The notes: generated by a model not told the origin, from the letters alone. DNA of 63,900 nt, filler included, from Dicyema japonicum (GCA_011109175.1; 5 parts of 5 records of this genome joined end to end with filler, not necessarily neighbours in it); one strand, 5' to 3'; shown: positions 38,157 to 52,930, counted from the whole stretch's first letter. A program made the numbers and translations.

Positions 38157-40101
38157 TGCTACTAGTGATATGATATTTTATTATTTAAATAATTTTATAT
38201 ATTCCATTTAAAAAACAATAAAGATAATTCTACCTTGCTAATATTTTTTCTGATTGTTAAATGATAATTTTACATTCGATTTCGTATAACAGTTTATTTA
38301 TATTTTCATTTATAAATTTGTTTACCTAGGTTAACGTTTTGCGCTCATAACTTATTTTTTCTAAATGAAAACTAGACAACTGCAGCCATGGCTATAGTTT
38401 AATTTAAATAATACTCTGAGTTAAAATATTGCCATTTTTTCATTAAAAATGTTTAAATTAATCTTTACCAAGAAAATTATTAGATTATTTCTTGTTGAAG
38501 TATGTAACTTTGTATTTTTAAATTTTATTCAAACACAATATCTCTGATTAAATAAACACAATATCTATAAGTTTGATTGTGATTAAATTAAAACTTTCTA
38601 ATCCATTTCTCATATTTGAACTAGAAAATAACGAAGGTATAAAAAGTTTTTTTCTCATAATTTACTAAGATAAATATCCGAATTTGTAAAATTGAAACCC
38701 TCGAAAAAAGGAAATTGATTGCTTTCTCCCCACATTAATTTGGGTGTTTAATTAAAGCCCAATCATACCTTAAATTTCACGCATTAATAGCAGTTATCTG
38801 TGGGTATTTACTGGTTCCTGAATGGCTTAAAATATTCCTCTTGTTTTACGTATTACAGCACACCTTGGTTATTTTTTTTAGCACAAAACACGATATTTTG
38901 ATCTGCGATTATGCTACTAGAAAAATCATTAGCGCGGGATAGTCATCAAATAACTAGATCGTTCTACATCATTTGAAAGTGGAGAAATAAGTTAGTATAA
39001 TCTTCTCACAAACTAACTAGAATTCATGTACCAGTAGAAACTTCGCGTATTTCTTTGTGCGATAACATAGTACAGATCGCTTACAAAGTAAAAAAAGTAA
39101 CTTAAGGCAGCGAAAGTAAATAAGTCCCTCCAAGTACTTTAGATGAATCTGACGATTATCTTGTTTGATGCTCTCCGATCTAGTTCTTTTTGATATTTAG
39201 TCTTTGGAAGGCTGGACTGCATGTTCTCTGCACTTTGAAACCTCAAGGTCGTGAATTATAATTCGTTAATTAATTTCATAAAGATATTTAATTCAACTAA
39301 AACCAGTTCGGTTTTTATAATTTTTAACAATTTTTTGCCAACTCTGAGATAAGAATAATTGAATCATGTTAGGGCTTGAAATATTTTTCACAGTTTGAAT
39401 TTTTAGTGCTCATTAATTTTTTAATATAAGCTCTCAAGTAAGAATTAATTTTCCGCCGAGTTTTAAATTAATACTGTTTTCATTTTATTGGCTGAGGAAA
39501 TATAATACGCTTTAATACTTAAAATTATTACTCAACCATTTCTCATTATCTTTGATCTTTCAAAAATAAATCGACTTTTTTTCAATATGACATTTTATAA
39601 AGATTACATGCTGACAATCAAGATTATTTTCAATTGGTGGAATTCAATAACCCGCAAACGATAGCTAAAACAATAAAATTTAGAACGAATAGTTTTAACT
39701 TTAAACACTTATCATGAACTAACAATATCAAGTAATTATCATAAACAAAGTCGACAAAAGCACTTTAAACATATTTTGCAGGTATTTAATTGAAAGAATG
39801 TTTTAAATTTTTTTTTAAATTATTTTTTTTAAGACAAAATTAAATTTGATTAATTGAACGGGCGATGTTTTAAATAGATAACAATAATTATAAATTAAAA
39901 TACTATATTGAATGACTGGATAACTGATTGATCATGATTGAATGAATAAATACAATAATTTAATATAAATTCGATTTTAACGAAAATATTTAGTACTTGA
40001 TCAATTAACTCGTCTGATTAATCGTCAACTAAAAAGTTAGTATAGTATGCAAGTTTCATTTCTATAATACTTCAATCTTCTATTTCTAATTATAGGAAAA
40101 A

Positions 40102-41957
40102 ATGAAATACTTTATTTTAAAGATTATAACCATTTCTCAAATTATTTTTAAATCTTCTCAAGGTATATAAATAGTATTTTCGATTTTAATATACCTATTT
40201 ATTATTTTTTAGAATGTCAGTTACCTAGTATCAATAATTTCACAATCGGTCCTGTTTTGCTTCGAAAAGATGCCCAAATTTACTGTAAATGTAAGAATTG
40301 TTACGAAGATGAAAAAAGGTTGATATTTCTAGTTAATAACAATTATTTAGTATAATTTGGACAAAGGATGGAATTCCAATAGAGAGCTCGTTAAGAATAA
40401 TGGATTTAATTCGATTCGAAAATTCAAAACGAAAATTAATCTTTAAAAATAAAAATAATAATTTAACCGGAAACTACAAATGCTATGCTAGAAATAAATG
40501 TGGTACAGCAACAATACCTCCAGTTAATGTATTTCACCCAGGTTTATTCGTTTATAGAAACAAAAACTAGAAATGAATAATAAAATTTTGAAAATAAAAA
40601 ATTATACATAAAAACGAAGGAGAATCGTACACAATTCAATGTAATCAAAATTTTTTTAAAAATATTCCTACCTCTGTCAAATATACGGTTGAAAAAATAG
40701 GTACGGGCTTGGATACCACACGAAAAGTTTATGTAGATGGTTAGAAAATTATTGCTAGCATTAATAAACTTAGGAAAGTTGATATTTGCATTTTTGATAT
40801 CAAACGATACTGGTTTTTATCGTTGCTTGGCATCAATTAACGATACAACAACAGATGTGACTTTTGAAACTGAGTTTTTTTGCACTTTATGTGACGAAAA
40901 AAGGCAATCTAGTTTTGAGTGTAATCCTTTTTAGAAACAATGCCTTTTTTCTCTCCGAAGATTATTTTCCCTCCTTACGATCACTACATTGTAAATTCAA
41001 ATTCATTAATCAATAATTCAGTTTGTGCTTTTTATGGAAAGTAAAATTTTATTTAAAATAAACAAAATAGTCCGACTCCGAAAGTTATCTATCATGACAT
41101 TATTAATAATAAAATAAAATCATCTTCGATGTCCTACGATAATGTATATTTTTTGCTATGGAATAAATTCAATTGGAACCAGTGTACTGCGTAAATTTAG
41201 AATAATAGATAATGGTAGTCCAAAAGTAATTTATATAATCATGCTAGTTCCTCCGAATGGAAAGATCGTTCCTTTTGTAAAAAAAAGTAACAGATGGAGA
41301 TGTGGTCAGTTTTCCGTTTTCATAAAATTGCCGGAGATGACAAAATGACATTTTTTTGGTTTCTTGGAGAATATATGACCGAAATAAAAAACACCAACCG
41401 TCTCAAAATTATTTTTTAAATGATTTAGGATCCATTATTCCAAATAAATACAACGAAACGATTCAAATTAGGTTCAGTGTTGAAAACGGTCCATATAAAT
41501 TAACTTCTATAACAAGGAATAAATATGGAGCACATCTTACTAGTTTGAGTTTTTTTAATTGTCCCAAAAGGTAATTTTTTAATTTGCAACATATTAGCTG
41601 ATTATTCTAACAGTAAATCATACCTGGAAAAACCACTCAAAACACTTAAAATAGGAATTGTTATATCTTTTTTACTAGTTTTTGGACTAGTGATACTAAT
41701 TTCCTTTATTATAAAGAAACTTAATAAGCAAGATTTGGGTATTTCCAATTTATTATTTCTAGAATACCAAAAAGTTGATAACAGTATTCTATATAAACAG
41801 GAATTTAACAAGTTCACTGAGTTAGAATACAGTAATTATATATTTTAGCGTCCAACAAACTAACATCATCTCCCAGTTAAATTCGAATTGTCAATTTCCA
41901 GTTGAGAACAATCAGGCTACTATAATTTTCATATAATAAATTAATTGTTATATGAGG
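40102..41957 (+). CDS. Ig-superfamily single-pass membrane protein (multi-exon; 3' end uncertain, stops just before a pogo element)
   Basis: N-terminal hydrophobic leader; Ig motifs IYCKC..IIWTKDG...GNYKCYARNKCG, EGESYTIQC...DTGFYRCLAS, YIFCYGINSIG; TM IGIVISFLLVFGLVILISFII; ~30-nt GT-AG introns; at least one homopolymer frameshift. Confidence 0.75.
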
Positions 41958-42000
41958 TAAAAAATACAGTCATTTGTTCAAAGTTAGTTTAAGTCAAATA

Positions 42001-42773
42001 CAGTCAAACCCCGGTTAGTCGCCACCCCTTACTCGCTACTTCAGTTAGTCGCCACTTTTTTACGAAAAATAAAATTGTATAAGAAAATCTCAGTTACTCG
42101 CCAATTTCAGTTACTCGCCACTATTTTTAATTTTTTAATTTAAAATAAAATGGTTTAATTTCGAACAATAAAATAATTTCCACATTTATTAACCGTTTTA
42201 TTAACCATTCGGAAGTGTACTCGGTTATCTTCTGAGGAAAAGCTAAGAATTTCAAATTTCATTAATTAAAATAATGCTCTCAATTTTCTCGACTCTTTTG
42301 AAAAAAAAAATTTCCAGAAGATGGCTAAACGATCTAAAATTAAATAAAACCCAAATAGCATCTATTAATCCAAATATTAGGGAAAAATATCGTTTATCTT
42401 GCGGAAAATTCCCTGCACTATAATCGGAAATTTTATCTTGGCTCGAGAAAATAGAATTAGCTGGAGGATTTTTTGATGAGAATGCAATTTTATTAAAGGC
42501 AAAAGGTATTGCAAGATCACATGGAATAACTGATTTTAGGGAAGGAATGTATGGCATTCCAGATTCAAAAAGAGAAGCAACGTAAAATTAAGATTATTCC
42601 ATGAAGAATCTGGCTCAATAACTGAAAATCTAAATGAGCAAATTGAAAAATTTCAAATAATTTTATCTACGAAATTTCAACAATATGATCGTGAAAATGT
42701 TTAAAATGGTGACTAAAGTGGTTTTTTTTATAAAAATGTTCCTTCAAAAAGCATTTGCTTAAAAACTCGACCT
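42001..42773 (+). mobile_element. pogo/Tigger transposon, 5' part
   Basis: TA|cagtcaaaccccggtta terminus, gttactcgcca subterminal repeats, CENP-B-like HTH relic and N.D.SGFFYKNVPSKS (first DDE aspartate region). Confidence 0.8.
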
Positions 42774-42776
42774 NCC

Positions 42777-43576
<800 letters not shown>

Positions 43577-43619
43577 TCAAGTTTAACATGATTAGGTCAG
43601 TCAATCTGATGTCCAATAC

Positions 43620-44290
43620 TTCAAACGTGCTAATACAGAAAACTATCTGCTTGACTGGGTTTGGAAATGTATGACTATTCTCCAATTATTTTCCTTAATT
43701 TTATTTCTGATGATACATTAAATTTGTTTATATTTTGGAACGAGGGGAAATCAGAATCTGTCACAATCTTTGTTGTTGTTGCATACCCCCGGTCACACAT
43801 CAGGGTATGAGACCAGCGGCTAGCAGAAACGACAGCGCCTTCTCGGATTGCTCTCAAAGGACCTCGGGGAATGAACAACAAGTTTTCTGCGGATAGGGAG
43901 GAGACCAGGGCAGCGGAAAAGATGATCGTCAGCACAGCAGAGGTTACAGAAAGGAGAGATCGAGTCGTTCATTGAATGAGCGTAGAAGTTTAGTGAGGAA
44001 TGATGACCCGAGCGGAAACGGGCAAGGTTGATCTGAGCGGACCGCTTCAGAAGTATTTCGGAGGGTGGACTTCCGGTGGAAGTTTGTTCAGGACGGAGTT
44101 AGGCATCAGCCTTAGAATTGACGACGTTGAAATAAAATTGTGGATTTTTTTCATTGGCTGTAAACATTGGTTTATGCCATTGATTTTAGCAAGGACCCGG
44201 GAGTATAGTTTAGCAGGCGTGTTCTTCAGTGCACGGCCGTTGTCATTTAGCATGTTTAGGGCAGTGCAAGGGTGGTAGGATTTACGCGAA
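43620..44290 (-). mobile_element. Probable LTR retrotransposon pol-end / env-start relic
   Basis: Signal-peptide-like SAVLTIIFSAALVSSLSA followed by ENLLFIPRG...SRWSHTL, preceded by a weak integrase C-terminus-like stretch. Confidence 0.45.
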
Positions 44291-44305
44291 ACGAATAGGA
44301 ATCCG

Positions 44306-44619
44306 GCCGGGGTGGCACAGTGGTTAGGCCTTGGACCATAGTGACTTAGGTCGCGGGTTCGAGTCTGGCCCTGTTCATCCGGCGGAAGGTTCCACGCATC
44401 TACGATGCTAAATGGCTTGACGAGTGACGCCGTCATCAGTGAATACTCACTGCGGAACCGGAGCGTCTATCTTGGACCCACACAAGAAAAAAAAAGTGAA
44501 GATCTTTGGCCCTCCCTACGACTTGCCCTACCTAGGATTATGCCTACCTGCGATTAATTAAAAAATTAACTCCTTCACTGTTAAAATAAAATGTGTGTCT
44601 TGCCTGTGCGAGTTATAGA
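44306..44619 (+). mobile_element. tRNA-derived SINE (copy 3)
   Basis: A box tggcacagtgg, B box ggttcgagtc, shared hairpin core and tail. Confidence 0.85.
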
Positions 44620-45750
44620 NNNNNNNNNNNNNNNNNNNNNNNNNNNNNNNNNNNNNNNNNNNNTTAATTAATTAANNNNNNNNNNNNNNNNNNNNNNNNN
44701 NNNNNNNNNNNNNNNNNNNTTGGAACTCCGGATAGTCAAAACGATGGGATAATTATGCAAAAGAGAAGGAAAGGTGCAGTGCTGCAGTCAATTCGCTCAT
44801 ATGTTAATAAAGAGTCAACAGTTAAATACATTTCCAATCATAAGAAAATGTATTAACTAACCATAGTGTTTCTCGTAAAGAAGCACTAGTGATGACTGAC
44901 ATATTAATGAATAATCTCACACATATTAATACAGTTTGTTTGTTCCTATTTTAGTCAAATCTACCAAAGGACAAAGAAGACACGTGCATCGTAAAGTTAA
45001 TTATTCATTGATGAATGTTCCGAAAATAGATGATATGGTAAAGAGATTCCGTGAAATAAATGATGCTGTCTGTGTTATATAGCTATTGTCTTATCGGGAA
45101 TTCGGGGGAGGATAGGTTGACATGTCATAAATGTGGTAGTAATCCCAGAGAGTACCCCCTGGATGTAGAAGATATGCAAGAGTAAGGGTAGTATGATAAG
45201 ATACGTCTAATTGAGAAAATATAGAGTATGAGAATAGAAGGAGTTTGTTATCAATTAATATATAGGGGAATATCATAGCCACCATTTTCAAGTTAATCCA
45301 CATATCATCATAGGTGTTATTCAGAAAATTCAACTAAGAAAAAGGGTCCAAACTACAGAAGGTTGTCTATTATTTTGATTATAGCGTGCGTTCGATCAGA
45401 GGCTGAAGTCGTGGGTGAGTTTGATGGCTGTCAATCTACTCACATTAGGGTGAATCATTCAATGTGATAGGATATTTGATTATATTACCTCATTCAAACA
45501 ACCAACAACAGTATTATGTGGAGTATCTTTGGGTGTAATAGTTTTAGTAGTATTATATTACTACTGACTATGTTAACTATGTTAATCCTTATATGGAGGA
45601 AGGGGATAATAATCCTGTGGTTTAAAAATAACGATGTCTTCTTTATTCCTATGGTTATTATTTATCATAATTCTATTAGGCGGGTCATATTTTATTACTC
45701 ATAGTACTAGAAGGAGTGCTTGATTCTGATGTTACAACATAATTTACAAT

Positions 45751-46800
45751 ACAGTAAACCCCATCAATCCATACTTCAATAATTCGAATTTTTTGGACGA
45801 GTCAGTAGAATTTTAGGAAGTTTCGATTAAAACAGGCTTCAATAAACCGAAACTTCATAATCCGGGAGACATTTATCAAAAATTTCGGATTAATACATTT
45901 TGTGTTTATTCTACATTTAAATGTATTTACATTATAAATTTAAATCTTAAAGTGCCACGTGGCTAGAAAGAGGTTCAAAATTTCTATTGCACAGAAAAGA
46001 AAATTTTGTAAATTAAAAAATATCAAAAATGACTATCAGAGGATTATCTCATATGTGTAAAATAAAAATGATCCATTTTTCGGGAATTCGACACTTTCAG
46101 AATTTCTTAAAAACCGTGAAAAATTAGAAAACTGAAACTACGATCAACAAGTATAGACAGTGGTAAACATCGCCAATTTGATAATTCACTTGTTGAATGG
46201 ATTTCAAGGATGGGTGAAATTAATGGTTTTATTACTGAGGGTTTGTCATTTCAAAGTCTAAGGTGTTTGATGAAATCCTGGAATCGATGATCCTGAATTT
46301 AGTAAAGGCTACTCATATTTAAAAGGAAATTTAATCTCAAACTAATGTATGATTAAGTTGAAAGAAGTTGAACCTGATGATTTGCTAAACGTGGATGAAA
46401 CTTGACTCTTTTTTCAAGCTTACTTAAATATTTTGAAAATTGAATTTTTTTTCCTTCCAAAGACACAGCTGTTCATTTTCCACCAATGCAGGTATAATCA
46501 AGAAATTTAAGCATAATTATAGAAAAAGGCTTATTTTGGATTATATGGAAGCCCTTCACTCGGAAAAAGAATTTTTTGTGAATTCATGAAAGGCATTATG
46601 GTACAGGGGAAATTAAATGTCTTGATTCCTTTGCTAATGAAGATATCATCCAAGATCCGGTATTGAATGAGTAGCGTAAAAAAACTGGAAGAACTCGCTA
46701 ATGAAGAAGAAATAACTCAAATGTAAATGCTCAACGAGAACGAAATCGTCATTCCTTGTGAAGATTATTATATCGACGAGGAAACTATTAATGAGGGTTT
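45751..46800 (+). mobile_element. Decayed pogo/Tigger element
   Basis: TA|cagtaaacccc terminus; relics LLNVDET.LFF and AGIIKKFKHNYRKRL. Confidence 0.65.
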
Positions 46801-46919
46801 ACTTTATTTATTAACTTTAGTTACAGTTTACAGCTTTCTATTAGTTATGTTAATTAAAACCATTTGGAGTTTGTTGGAGGGCATAACTCCTAACGGAATG
46901 ACTGCACTCCCGTCAAGAC

Positions 46920-49170
46920 ATAAAATATCGACACCAACTGTGACAAGAAGACTTCCATATGAGACTGATCGGGTCTATAACTCAGAGGGTCCCTCCTTGG
47001 TTAACCAGGTTTAAAGACCGACCATCTTAACTACAGAATTCTTCCACCAATCCGGAACATACCCACACTTGATGCTTGCGTTAAATAGATGTTGTAGAAC
47101 AAATAGTAAGTACTAAGGTCCTTCCTTGAATATCTAGTGAATTCAAAACCCGATGCATTGGCCTTGGATTTTTTTAATTTCCATCTCGATCACCCACACT
47201 GTGATCTCCTTCTCAACAGCTCCAAGTCGTCCAACGAATATTTAATAAGCTAAAGTGAATCCTTTGTCTGATCGTCTAAGATCAAATTTATAAGATAGAC
47301 GCCTTGAATTTTCTTAATTTAATTCTTGAATATTGTGGGAACATCCTCTAAGAGTATACGTCTCATCTGATTGTCCAAGAAAATCTTGTTTGTTTTCGTC
47401 CTAGGAAGATTTTTATAGCCTTCCAAAAGGATAGGTTTTGATGTCCACTTTTGAAGTTTCGTCTCTCTATCTCTGCGCCAATTCCATCTTCCATATCTTT
47501 TCAGTAATTATTTTAATTAATTTAATTTTTATGAGAGCCATTCTATCAATCCCATAACAGTCTCAACTTCGCTCTTTTTATTTTTAAGTTCTAGAAAAAA
47601 AATAAATGCTATTTTAAGTGGTAAAAAATAATTTATATTTTTTAACTTTTCTTTTTGAGGGTCAACCATAAATAATAATCGATTTTTTTTCTTTTGAACG
47701 ATTTATTACAGAAAAAAGTGAGCAAATGGTATAGCGACTTCCCTGACTGAATGGCTACTCCTTCTCAGGATGGCGAGCGAGAATCGCTCAAATAACCAGG
47801 AACGCACAGGGAGTCTCCTGATCGTGTAGCTCAGGTACAAGGGAACCAGACGTCTCAGCCGCGAGTGTAAAAAACAAAAAATCATTGTATAGGAACACGT
47901 ACTTACCCCGTTTCAACCTCTCGGCCCCCTCAGCTCCAAAGGCACTCTGTAGTATATGGCAAGGGAAAAATCTGTCAGTGCAGATGACGTCCTAGGCACT
48001 ATGTATCTCGGCTTTAAAAGGGAAGATAGTTATCCCATCTGGTCGTTTCCCGATCTTTAATCTTTATATTTTTAAATACTAGAAACAACTTGCCCTAGTC
48101 ATTCGTGACTCTTCTTTTTAAAAGTTCCTCTAAAAATATTTTCCTTCCAACAGTTGTAAATGCGTCAGCTTGAAACCAGATATCTCTCTGCCGGTCATAT
48201 CTACCGTCGTCCATTCTGTTTGTTTTATAGCATCCGTAGCTTATGTTCTTCGCGTCAAGATCTCCCATCGGAAGACATCGACCTCCACTCGAAGAACTAA
48301 GCAATCTCTGTGGAAAAATTGCTTATGTCCGTCGAATATAATCTCTCCGACACTAATCCAAGATCCACAACAGCAAACCTCAGTAGATATGAACTCGCAA
48401 TATAACGTCGAGATGATGTTGGAATTACGTACATGTAAATCGTCGCTGTAAAAGACGGATGTTCCAGTACCAGCTACGCACCATCCTCTCATAGTATATC
48501 CACAGAGTAATATTCTTTCATTTTTGTCCACTAGAACGTCGAAGTGCCAGTTAATGATGCCTCTTCCCTAGAAATCGGTCATTCAATAGCACTATCCTCA
48601 AACATCATTTTAATTGGTGTTTAGGTGGCCTGGACTATCCATTTCCACGGCCAACATTTCCTTTAAATCTACTTTTACAAGCGATCACAGTTCCTTAAAT
48701 TGTGGGATCATTTCCTTTACCTTACTGATGATACCTTCAAGTAGACCCAACGATAAATTTCTTTTAGTTCATGTCATCATTGAGGAGGTTTTGTAGCTCA
48801 CGGTTTTCCCTTAGTGGTGCCCATTGAAGCATGGATCTCAGTGAACTTCTTTAACAAAGGTTTGATCTCGTTTTGTGTGCGCAGTGATTCGTTGAATCGT
48901 AGTTAATGAGGTCCAACCTTGATCCTGCTTCGCCTTGGCAGCTTACCTGGTAGTGCTCACAGGCACAACGGAGGAATCTCTTCTTTTCTTTAAACAAAAG
49001 ACAGTTATATGTCCAAAACGTGCACCTCGGCGGGTCTCTTCTTTACCATTCGCAGGTGATCGGTACATGGGCAATATTGAAGGCAAACATGACAAGCGAC
49101 TATAACTCCAATCTGAACCAACAAAAATTTTATAGGGAGCCTCCTGTCTTCCAATATCATCAGTAGAGAG
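46920..49170 (-). mobile_element. Decayed APE-type LINE (endonuclease plus RT N-terminus), interrupted by a CRE fragment
   Basis: MGDLDAKNISYGCYKTN (APE), LQHLFNASIKCGYVPDWWKNSVV...PISL (RT N-terminus). Confidence 0.7.
47730..48052 (-). mobile_element. 3' fragment of a CRE-like LINE
   Basis: GKRPDGITIFPF and WLFERFSLAILR. Confidence 0.75.
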
Positions 49171-49546
49171 GACCAATTCCTTAAAAATTAATGAAATTCG
49201 TTATCATCAATCCAGAAGAACAGAATTTTTAACAAAATTTCGAAAGGTCTCATTCGGATTTCATTGAAACAATGATTCCCAAATCCAAAAGGGGACATAG
49301 AATTAACATAATCAAAAAAGTTCCTTTTGTCCTCTTCCTTTATGAATTCAAAGAGGGAAACCTCATAAACTTTGTGACCTAATATTATATACATCTACAA
49401 GTCGTCTTGTTCTCAAAAACTGATGTTATAGAACTTCCAGCATTCGCCTTGTCTCCCAAAATGTACATACAATAGCAGCTCCAGGTGGAAGGAACGTAAG
49501 TCAGAGTTTGATAGACAGATAACACAACAGTTATCAGCTTCTTCAT

Positions 49547-49816
49547 ATTACGCACTATTTCCATAATAAGGAATATTATGAACCATATTTTTCATAAATT
49601 TAAATTTATCGTCAATCTATCGTAAATAAATATGAATACTTGAGTCAATGAGCTCTCACATCCCAAAGTCAAAGTGATGAATATATTACGCACTATTTCC
49701 ATAATAAGGAATATTATGAACCATATTTTTCATAAATTTAAATTTATCGTCAATCTATCGTAAATAAATATGAATACTTGAGTCAATGAGCTCTCACATC
49801 CCAAAGTCAAAGTGAT
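49547..49816. repeat. Perfect ~138-bp tandem duplication
   Basis: attacgcactatttccataataagg...caaagtcaaagtgat occurs twice. Confidence 0.9.
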
Positions 49817-51309
49817 AAATTTTTATTTCTTCATTCTTTACTGGCATTTTATTACTAAATAAGGTGATATTCCAACCAATGAGCAGTGAAGTGAGTAAAT
49901 CTTTATAATGAAGTTTATTATCTATTCTAGTTGGTCTCTTGTTTGTCAGTAGGCGATTGAGTTTGATATTGTATCAAGATAGAAACAGAGAGTGACTATA
50001 GGAGCCAGTAGGTTTCGCGGATGTCATGTCTTTTCAGTATAGCTATACGTCCCCCTAATTTCATCCCTATAAACGCGTTTATAGAGCTCTCAATAATGCT
50101 TGTAAGAGAAAAGGAATCGATACACGTGACCTTTCATACAAGTGGTTTCCCCTCCTCCAACAGAAAGGTTGTAATTCCGCCAGGCTGCTCGCCGTCTTTT
50201 CAGTACAGGCTTAAGGATCTTGCATTGAAGAGCATCAAGGAGACACCAGTGTATGTTTTACGACATCGTTTAGTGAAATATGTCTCAGGGATCTCCCAAC
50301 GCTTCTTCGGGTGAAATGAGCATGTTGTCCATAGGTGTCAACGGTTCCATCCCATCAACACATTTTCAGGTCAACTCAATTAAATTCTGAAGCGGAGTGC
50401 ATCTTTGTCAAAGTGGGCCCCAACACTTCCGATCTGGAAAGCATTGATCCAAGCACCACTACCTTCATATCTCCCAGCAACCAGACAGGTGCATCAATGT
50501 TGATTTGGTTCCAAGAATGATCTCTCTTAATAACAAAAGGATCAAATTCATGCTATGAAAGTCAAAAATTTAGTGACCTCACAATTTAATTTATCAAAGT
50601 TAGGCTGAGGTTCTCAAGTTGAAGTATTAGTCTTCTTAGATTCTCCAACATATTGTTCGGTTGGCCGCCGTTGTTTAACCGTACAAGTACCACATGTTCA
50701 AATGCGTTGATCAACATCCTGTGACACGACCGATTCCGAGACTGAAGATAGCTGTGCACAGTGGACCTCCTTGTTGAATTCCGGGGGACGAAAGAATAAC
50801 ATATTATTCTAGGTGGTCACCTGAAAAGACTTCATTGTTGATACACTCGTATAAGGAGTCTATGATCGATATGTCTTGGGGATCTCAATTAGATTTTTGC
50901 GAGGATCTCAGGTTTTTCAGCTCAATTTGGCTCTACTGATCTGAGGGCATTTATTCAGAAGGCAAATATAGAGTTGGGGAGTCATATTTCCTGATTGGAT
51001 GTTTTATCGGCAGTGTAGTCTCTTTTAATCTTTCCAAGAAAAGACATATGGAATTTCTGCGAAGAATGTACCCGGATATGGAAGATGTGAATGCAGAAAT
51101 TAGAAGAATTGAAGACCGTTTAGCCGACTGTGTGTTTAAGTAACTCAAAGTTAATATAATTGGGCTCGAAATTTAATTTTTATAATATCAATAATTTAAT
51201 TTTAAAATAATTTAATTTTCACGTGTGTCACTGGTCGTTTTTTTATTAACCCCGGATTAACCTCTTTCTGGCTGATATCTCTAGTCTTGAATCTGATAAT
51301 GATGTTTCA

Positions 51310-51500
51310 TTTTCCTATGCGGATGATATTGTTTTGGCTTCGCGAGATCAGGACATCCAGAGGGCCACAGAAAGAATACAAATTAACCTGGACAGGCTTA
51401 ATGCCTGGATAATGGAAAACCGGCTCGTGGTGAATGCTGAGAAGTCGTCTACGTCACTATTTACCTCGGACAAAAGATTGGGAATGAAGACAGTCACCTT
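51310..51500 (+). mobile_element. LINE RT fragment
   Basis: YADDIVL...IQINLDRLNAWIMENRLVVNAEKS. Confidence 0.8.
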
Positions 51501-52439
51501 GAAGTTAACCAAACGTGCCATCCGAAGCATGTGCGTCTTCATTGTTCCTACTGTCGAACGGAAATTCTTTTTTTGATCCTTGAAGAGGAAGCCGATTGGG
51601 GACGGAGATTTCTTAGCCAACCGATTTTCTTTTGCGTGGAACAATGAAAGGCTTAGTGGGTGTCCATCTTCCTTCAAATGCGGAGAAATCCAGAACCACA
51701 TCTACGAGTTGTAGATTCCGTCAGCAGGGGAGGTATTGTTGTTCCACATTGTGGCCCCAGCATATGTATTGTGTTCCTTTGCAGTAAGGTTAGTTTTTGG
51801 ATAGTGGCCTCTGATAACGCGAATCTCTACGCAGCGGAGGAATATTGCTTGACGATATATAATTCTGATTGCTTCATTTATATTCACTGGGTCTTCTGTA
51901 TTAGCGCCCGTATCAGACTTGTTTGGCATGGTAAATAAAATTAAGGAGCCTTTCGTATGTCACTCCTAGGATTGAGGGTTTTCTTGTGACAGGTATCCAA
52001 GTATATTAACAATATTATCGGCAATGTTCGTAATTTTTACGCACAAATAAAGTCTACACTAATTTACAATGCTATTGATATAATTGTAATAGAACAATCA
52101 AATTAAACATTCAAATCAACTTTTCTCAACAATCCACTAATCCAATGTCATATCCAAGGAAAATACGGGTTTGTTTAGATAGTAACCTTTACTTTCCTGC
52201 AACAAAATAAATATATGTGATTTTTGTAGTTACTATTATTAGCCCAAGAACATCAATAGTTAATTTAATTAATAAATTAAGTGATCTCGAAAGCCTCAAT
52301 CAGATTTCTCATCTCCTTCTGGTATCCAACAAAATTTCTTTTGAGTGGCGTGGTTCGGGGAATTGGAGAGGGATAAATAATTAATTTTTGCTTTTACGAA
52401 TAAATTGAAAATTTAATAAATATTTAAATTTTTTTTACA

Positions 52440-52565
52440 AAATAATTTTTTTAAACAATTAAACAAATGTCAGTTGAGGAAGCCTGCTGCGTGGATTGCG
52501 AACGAGTTCACTCGGAGTATGGCTATTCCAGCCATAACCCTTCTCGTTGATCCCTTTTCTTTCTA
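52440..52565 (-). mobile_element. 3' fragment of a CRE-like LINE (same subfamily as 13830-14135)
   Basis: aacaattaaacaaatgtcagttga..aagcctgctgcgtggattgcgaacgagttc shared with that copy. Confidence 0.85.
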
Positions 52566-52669
52566 GCATTTTCGATATAAAATAATCAAATTTTTTTGGT
52601 TGAGCTGGTAACGTGGCTCTTGAACTCAATGTCTGGAAAACACAATATCAAGCCATTGGACATTCCTTC

Positions 52670-52930
52670 TCCCATTTAACGTCAGGGGACTCTCTAGCGT
52701 TTGGAAACAGAAGGAACTGGCTGAGGATCTTTCAAAATACAAGATTTCAATCGCCTATCTTTAGGAGACTAAACTAATCAACGGGATCAAAGAACAACAT
52801 AGGAACTTTCAACTAATCTTCCTTCCATGTGGAAACAAGCACTACGGGATAGGATTTGTAGTTAGGAATGATCTATCCAAGAGAGTCTGACGCTATTACA
52901 GCGTGAATGATAGAATCATGGTGTTGAATA
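52670..52930 (+). mobile_element. RTE-like AP endonuclease fragment
   Basis: FNVRGL...L.ETK...HYGIGFVV...VNDRI. Confidence 0.75.
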
